Shown piece by piece: positions 57,238 through 64,000 of a DNA stretch of 64,000 nucleotides. Every line of letters starts with the position of its first letter. The first letter of the stretch is position 1. Location of the stretch: assembly GCA_964016885.1 (NCBI GenBank), contig CAXHJY010001659.1, positions 1 through 64,000 of the forward strand, written 5' to 3'. The stretch comes from Eledone cirrhosa. Taxonomy: Eukaryota. The translations under genes and the position numbers were made by a program. The notes beneath the pieces were generated by a model. The model did no database searches, had not been told where the DNA came from, and was given only the letters and a program-made list of their open reading frames with translations.

Positions 57238-57972
57238 GAAATTGTCGAAAAGAAATGATTTAAAGTAAATCTCGTTTCGTTTTCAGTTCGTTCTAATTTA
57301 TTTTTTCTGTGATATTTATGAGAAATAATTTTTGAGAAAATACTTTTGGGGAATGAAGTTTTGATAAAACGTTTATATACCCTTCAACTCTATAAAACAT
57401 TGTCCACCATTAACGGATCTTGGAACTGTTGGAGATAAAATACAAGAGGCTTGTTTGTGCCTTCATTTATGTGTGTCGCTATGTATGTATTTGAGTGAAT
57501 ATCAGTGTTTGTGTGTATTTATGTGAGTGTCTTGGCGAGTGTGTGCTTCTGTGTATGTGTTTGTATAAATAAATATATATATTTTTATGTATGTGTGCGT
57601 GTGTATGTGTCTGTGAGAGTGAATATCTAAGCATGATGTGTATGTATATATATATATATATATTCATTACGTCTCATTTATATTTATACTCGGATTCTTT
57701 TCCTAGAGTGCTTAAACTATCTGTGACTAATCCCGGTTTTTTTCATAAAAACTGTGATAATTATTGCTATTTTGCTGAACTCCTTGTAGAGTTTTTTTCA
57801 GAATGTATTTGACTGCTATTTCTTGTAAATAAACATTCACTTCCATCCTGACGTCACTAGCCCCGTTTTTTCCTCATGTGCTTTTTCATAAATACACATG
57901 AAGGCGAACTAGCCAGTTTTAGAATTCCCTTTTTCGGACTATATTACTGTGAGAGCCCTGGTTTTCTGTTGA

Positions 57973-58054
57973 GCTCTGCTGATGAATGATATTCCAACCG
58001 TGACCATCTCCACTGAAAGTTTTCATGAAATAGTCTTTTAAGACTATACAGAGC
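57973..58054 (+). ncRNA. Type I hammerhead, homolog of 26139-26220
   Basis: GCTCTG CTGATGA ATGA...TCAT GAAA TAGTCTT tt AAGACTA TA CAGAGC. Confidence 0.82.
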
Positions 58055-58307
58055 ATTTGATGTTATTCCAAATTGAAGGATAAGTGTTTCAAACTTTGTT
58101 TTATCATGAGTTAAAGGTCTATAGATTTTTCCATGGATTTTACTAAATTCTGTGGATGAATTTGTATCCTGATTCTCTTTTGAGATGAGTTTGAGTTATT
58201 TTTCCTAAATCTTTCGTTAACTACTTTTCCCATCTTGACGTTATAGTCGCATATATGTTATAGAATGCCGTTAGCTTCTTGCTAAAACAATCTCTATACG
58301 TCTCATT

Positions 58308-58340
<33 letters not shown>

Positions 58341-58813
58341 GTATATATATACATATGTAATATATATATGTATATATATGTTTATGTGTGTGTGGACGTG
58401 TGGTTGGGACTGTCACTATGTTTATGTGTGTATGCACTTTAGTAAGGTAAGCATTATGAATGATGTACTATGCTGCTGTGATATACTTTGTGTGGGGCGA
58501 ACTATTTATCCCAGTTTTGTTTTATACTATAGATAAAGCTATTCCGTTTAAATTATTTCTCAACATTTCTCAGACAGCATCTTAAGCTGATAATGGCAAC
58601 ATTCAAGTATTTATACTAGAAGACACACACACACAAACTCACACATTATCCCCCAAATAGACTTCCATAAATATATATGTATATGTGCATACATACATAC
58701 ATGCACACACAGACACACACACACACACACACAGACGCGCACACACACACACATAGACACACACACGTGCACACACACACACACATTCACATACACACAC
58801 ACACATATATATA

Positions 58814-58847
<34 letters not shown>

Positions 58848-59197
58848 CTTATAAATATATGTATGTAGGAATGTATGGATGCCTGTATCTATGCAAGAAT
58901 GTATGCATGCATCTATGTATGTAAATATGTATATACGTATGTATGTATGTATGTATGTATGTATGTATGTATGTATGTATGTATGTATGTATGTATGTAT
59001 GTATGTATGTATGTATGTGTATATATATGTACGTATGCCTCTATATATAAACACGTATGATTCTGTTTGTGGATAGGTTTATGTACACGTGCTTATCTCT
59101 TTTAACTCTTTTACTGGTCTCCGCCCAGTGGTTATAGCCGTAATATGTGAAACTACAGATCTTACCCCCTCTCAGTCTTTCTCTCTCTCTCTATCCC

Positions 59198-59293
<96 letters not shown>

Positions 59294-60004
59294 TGGATCT
59301 GCGTGTGTGTGTGTGTGTGTGTGTGTGTCAGAAAATAGATCTGTGCCAATCAGGCTCAGTGACTTTCGATGAGAAATCGTTTAAAGAAGAAATAAAATGT
59401 TGCCTTGTAAATTTTAATGATTGCAGTCAAACACGTCTGAATAGTTCCATAATAGAATTTATCTCGCTCACAATACGAAATCACACACACACACACACAC
59501 ACACACATATGGACATACGCACACACACACGCCCGTGCGCACACACAAGCTCGCGCGCACACACACACACACACGCAGACACATACGCACGCGCGCACGC
59601 ACACAGAAACACATACAGAGACACACACATGAAAACACATATAATATTTATTCCATCTTTTATCTTATAACATGTTCAATGTTTCCGCTATCGAAAGCTG
59701 TCATCTTTGAAGAAGTTTTTTCATAGCCGAAACAATCTGCTTTTTGTCAGGAAAGTTGAAGTAAATCTTGTCTGTTCTCATTTTAACGTTAGCTGCTTTT
59801 AGAAATGTGCCGGTTTCCTAGACAGACGATTAGGTCACCCGAATTATAGATGTATGATCATAGAGATGAAGTGTTTGAATTTAATTTATGATTGATGTTG
59901 TACGGTTTTGGCGATAGGGTTGATTGTAGGATTGTGTATTGCGCTGGCTTGGATTCGCGACCGGCATACGTTTTGTCTGGGTTTGTTTGCATTGTAGTTG
60001 CTTT

Positions 60005-60108
<104 letters not shown>

Positions 60109-60148
60109 CGAATGTAGAAAAGTAACACACGAGTTGACATATATATAT

Positions 60149-60632
60149 ATAAAAACAAATAGTAGAAAGGTTCTTTCAGTAGAAAATGTTGAAGAGACTT
60201 TTTTCAGGGAGATATCAAAACATTACTTTATTTACAATACCAGTTTCAGCATTAAATGCATTGTCAATTGCGGATATGCAGAATATTGTTAAGTTGCTTA
60301 TTTGTCTGTCCTACTCTGCTTCTGGAAATCAGAAGCAGAGTAGGACAGACACAGAGAAATGACTTCTCCGAAAGAACATGTATGTGAAAATTAATTAATT
60401 TTTTTTTCTTCTCCTTTTTATTTTATTTTCATTACCTTTATCATTATTATTACTATTATCACTATTTGTACAAATTTGCAACTTAACAATATTCTGCATA
60501 TCCGCAATTGACAATGCATATAATGCTAAACTGGTATTGTAAATAAATTAATGCTTTCATATCTCTCTGAAAAATATATTTTCAACATTTTCTCCTCAAA
60601 GAATCTTTTTCCTTTCTACTATTTGTTTATAA
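60149..60632. repeat. Fold-back element: ~150 bp inverted arms with internal ~20 bp-stem hairpin
   Basis: 60149-60297 mirrors 60478-60632. Hairpin TGTCTGTCCTACTCTGCTTCTG/CAGAAGCAGAGTAGGACAGACA. Confidence 0.75.
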
Positions 60633-60690
60633 ATATATATATTTATATATATATATATTTATATATATATATACATACAGTTGGATAGTC

Positions 60691-60741
60691 GGCTTCCTGA
60701 TGATTTCTCTCGAATGAAACATTTCTAGTCCTGTAGAAGCC
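60691..60741 (+). ncRNA. Type I hammerhead in a ~145 bp microsatellite-flanked insert
   Basis: GGCTTC CTGATGA T TTC tctc GAA T GAAA CA...TG TA GAAGCC. Confidence 0.75.
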
Positions 60742-60822
60742 ATTTCTATATTAAATATTTATACTCTGTTGTGTATTGAGTTACTTACTTACTGTGATTA
60801 CCCCCGATTGAACCCGGGACAA

Positions 60823-60916
<94 letters not shown>

Positions 60917-61073
60917 GTTCTGTATAAGCAAGGGATGGTCACCTGAATTTTCATTGCCTACAACAGGACAACTCGTTTAATCCATATAGCAGGGAAGAAT
61001 GGACGCAAAATGGTAATGATGATTTATATGTACATACACACTCGCATACATACAGATCACATTTATACATACA

Positions 61074-62265
61074 TGGTGGCTGCCAACTCGTTTTCGAGTA
61101 CGACCACTACTTTATATCCATGTAGGAGAACCCCTACCGATGCGTTGAACGAGTGTGACATTTTAGTCCAGCCAGCGACTTGAAAACTCTGGTACAAACA
61201 CTACACCTGTGACAATTATTGACACATAGTGCTGGGCCCATGGTACCATGTGACGACAAGTGCAGAGAGCTCTCCAGATATAAAGCAATGCCTGTGCTGT
61301 GAAGCTTTTATAGTGAGCAAAGGCACTGCACAAAGCCAGTCCCACTCTCTTAACCAAGATGATATTTACCAAAAAGAAGAACAAGTCAACATCATTGGAT
61401 ACCATCAGAGTTGCAGGTGTTATATCAGAGTTTTCCTTCCCCTAGAATTCTGCCTTGACAAAGGCTAAGGGTTCATCTCTCCCGGTGATTTTGGATGGCC
61501 ATTGACTCTTAAGAGCTCCTTTGCCCTTTTGACGGGTTTTGTTTTTAGTCCTGCAGGATGTCCAAAGTCACCCTCCTCACCAAGAAACCTTGGTGGGGTT
61601 GCCAGTTTAGTCGCCAACGACGCGACCATGAGACAGGTTGTACTGGGATACATGTTACCAGTAGCACCAACTGGTGACCTGACATAATATACATACATAC
61701 ATACATGGTGGCTGCCAACTCTTTTTCGAGTACGACCACTACTTTATATCCATGTAGGAGAACCCTTACCGATGCGCTGAACGAGTGTGACTTTTTAGTC
61801 CAGCCAGCGACTTGAAAACTCTGGTACAAACACTACACTTGTGACAATTATTGACACATAGTGCTGGGCCCATGGTACCATGTGATGACAAGTGCAGAGA
61901 GATCTCCAGATATAAAGCAATGCCTGTGCCGTGAAGCTTTTATAGTGAGCAAAGGCACTGCACAAAGCCAGTCCCACTCTCTTAACCAAGATGATATTTA
62001 CCAAAAAGAAGAACAAGTCAACATCATTGGATACCATCAGGGTTGCAGGTGTTATATCAGAGTTTTCCTTCTCCTAGAATTCTTCCTTGACAAAGGCTAA
62101 GGGGTCATCTCTCCCGGTGATTTTGGATGGTCATTGACTCTTAAGAGCTCCTTTGCCCTTTGAAAGGTTTTGTTTTTAGTCCTGCAGGATGTCCAAAGTC
62201 ACCCTCCCCTCCAAGAAACCTTGGTGGGGTTGCCAGTTTAGTCGCCAACGACCCGACCATGAGAC
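61074..62265 (-). mobile_element. Two head-to-tail copies of family J separated by (CATA)n
   Basis: 61074-61683 and 61705-62265 are homologous to 14022-14597. Confidence 0.8.
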
Positions 62266-62396
62266 ATACATACATACATACATACATAGAAACATACATA
62301 CATACATTCATTCATACATAGTTAAACAAATATACAACACGAAATACGATGTTAAATGATGTTCAGAAACGTCTAAGGAATCGCGCCGCGTAATTA

Positions 62397-62585
62397 ATTG
62401 TTTCTACTTTTAGCACAAGGCCAGCAATTACCCAGTGCATTACTGGTACTTGAATTTATCAACCCCGTAAGGATGAAAGGCAAAGTTAACCTCGGCGGGA
62501 TTTGAACTCAGAATGGCAAGGGCCGTAACTCTGTGCGTCAAAGCATGGCGTCCGTCCCTCTACCGATACTGCCAATCCACCGCAC
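62397..62585 (-). mobile_element. tRNA-derived SINE
   Basis: Reverse complement of the 15731 family. Confidence 0.78.
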
Positions 62586-62735
62586 CTCGTAATTAATGTA
62601 TACTGTTCACCTACATATACTAATACACTAAGCATAGCGGTCGAGAGCACTTTTCCTTGTGATATCTTGTGTGTATCAATACATTATTTATAACTGTCAT
62701 ACACAATCTAAACAATATAATTATATATATATATT

Positions 62736-64000
62736 CTTTGAAGCCTTAGAGAAGAACGTCCCACCCAACCATAGGTATAGGAAAATCCTTAATAGGAACA
62801 ATATAAAAATATCCTTCTCTACTACTCCTAACCTAGCGGACATCATAGGAACGACTAATCACATTAAGATCATCAAGACACAGCACTTTAGGACAGGCGC
62901 ACCTACACCTGAAAATAACTATATAGGCCTTAACGACTCCCTAGCAGCATCCAATAGTGCTGGCAACAGCCTCTACTGACACAACCAGCATAACCGCGAC
63001 ATGACTGGGGAATATGCAGGTGACCCGCACGGGTCACCAGGCGGCAAAGGAAGACGATGCTGCGTGCGGAATAATAATGGTACCGCCCCGCGCACTGTGG
63101 GTTGTAATGGTGCTAACGACAGGTGTGGGAGCGTAGGTAACAACGTAGTTCGCAATAATAATAGCCTTACCGTGGGAACTAGAAGGGACCGCGACTGAAA
63201 TTGCAACTGCCGCGACAGGGGACGCTTCCCCCTTAGGGGAACCTGCTTGACTTATAGGGTTATATATAGGTGCACTGTAACTATCCACAATAACGTTAAA
63301 CATTATGTAGGGGCTACCTCTGGCCCGTTCAAAATTAGGTTTCGAAAACATCTCCACTCTTTCGCAAATAAGAAATTAAGACACTCCACTTCGCTCGCGA
63401 ACTACATCACATCATTAAAAGACTTAAACATCAGCTTCTCCACGCACTGGGAAACTGTCGGCAGGGCTGCACCGTACAACTTCAAGAGGAAGTGCGATCT
63501 TTGACTCATGGAGCTCTACCACATCATAACGGCACCCCACGAGCTCATCAACAGCAGAGCTGAATCGACGATAAGCTGTACACACTGCTTAAAAATATCC
63601 TACTTCAGATGGAATAAGAACGAGGAGTGAAACAGTATACCGGGCGGGCAGGTGCTGCAAAAAACATCCGGAAACTAACCGGCTTCAATTGACCCAGGCA
63701 GGCAGGTGCAGAAAAAAAAGGCCTCAAAACAAACGTTGCATACCTGACACTGTGGTATCGACTATGGTAAGGTTGTAACCACATCTTGTAACGGATAAAA
63801 AAAATTTGTCCGGGAAAGAATGCCCTAACACCGGCCAGAGTTACCTCCCTTGACCTACTGCAAAATCAAAACACGCTTCTTTGCGAAAAATGAACTCTGA
63901 CGTGAACTTATCTCTAAAAACACATTCCGGGCTGTGTAAGGAGTACTTTTTAGTTATTTATGCTCTTGAGAAGCCCATTCGGGCGAAACGTACGTAGGTG
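62736..64000 (+). mobile_element. 5'-truncated Naiad-like Penelope-like element (GIY-YIG region + 3' HHR), running off the window
   Basis: PPNHRYRKILNRNNIKISFSTTPN, CNCR..PLRGTCL..VIYRCTV..YVGATSGPFKIRF..H..SF, CDL*LME..IN.RAE...C.H; TA run at the 5' edge. Confidence 0.8.
63961..64000 (+). ncRNA. Minimal hammerhead, U3-A8 variant
   Basis: TTGAGAA GCCC attc GGGC GAAA CGTACG TA, with palindromic ACGTACGT stem III. Confidence 0.72.

Noticed and set aside
59806-59850. Possible HHRs at 59806-59850 (-) and 60350-60386 (+)
   Set aside because: Core is too degenerate or missing to support a call.

Overview
Animal (eukaryotic) non-coding DNA, very rich in (TA)n/(CA)n/(GA)n/(TATG)n microsatellites and tRNA-derived SINEs that resemble those I recall from octopus/cephalopod genomes (inference). 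No host protein-coding exon is recognisable, and most ORF-track entries are microsatellite read-throughs. Recognisable elements: an intact two-ORF Tx1-type LINE (44279-50120) plus a 5'-truncated relative, a decayed full-length Neptune-like Penelope-like element (PLE; 20221-25631), Naiad-like GIY-YIG remnants (one with an in-frame TGA at a conserved Cys), several non-autonomous Helitrons, RTE remnants and SINEs. Main discovery: the apparently unique 150-1200 bp segments between (TA)n runs are more than a dozen unrelated families of short non-coding elements. Most carry hammerhead ribozyme (HHR) motifs (about 20 well-formed and about 20 degenerate or half motifs, found by eye), including core variants (U3-A8, U4C, U10.1-U11.1, and one permuted order). 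They show partial-tandem (retrozyme-like) or fold-back (inverted pseudo-LTR) architecture. All folds were read by eye; none was computed or tested.
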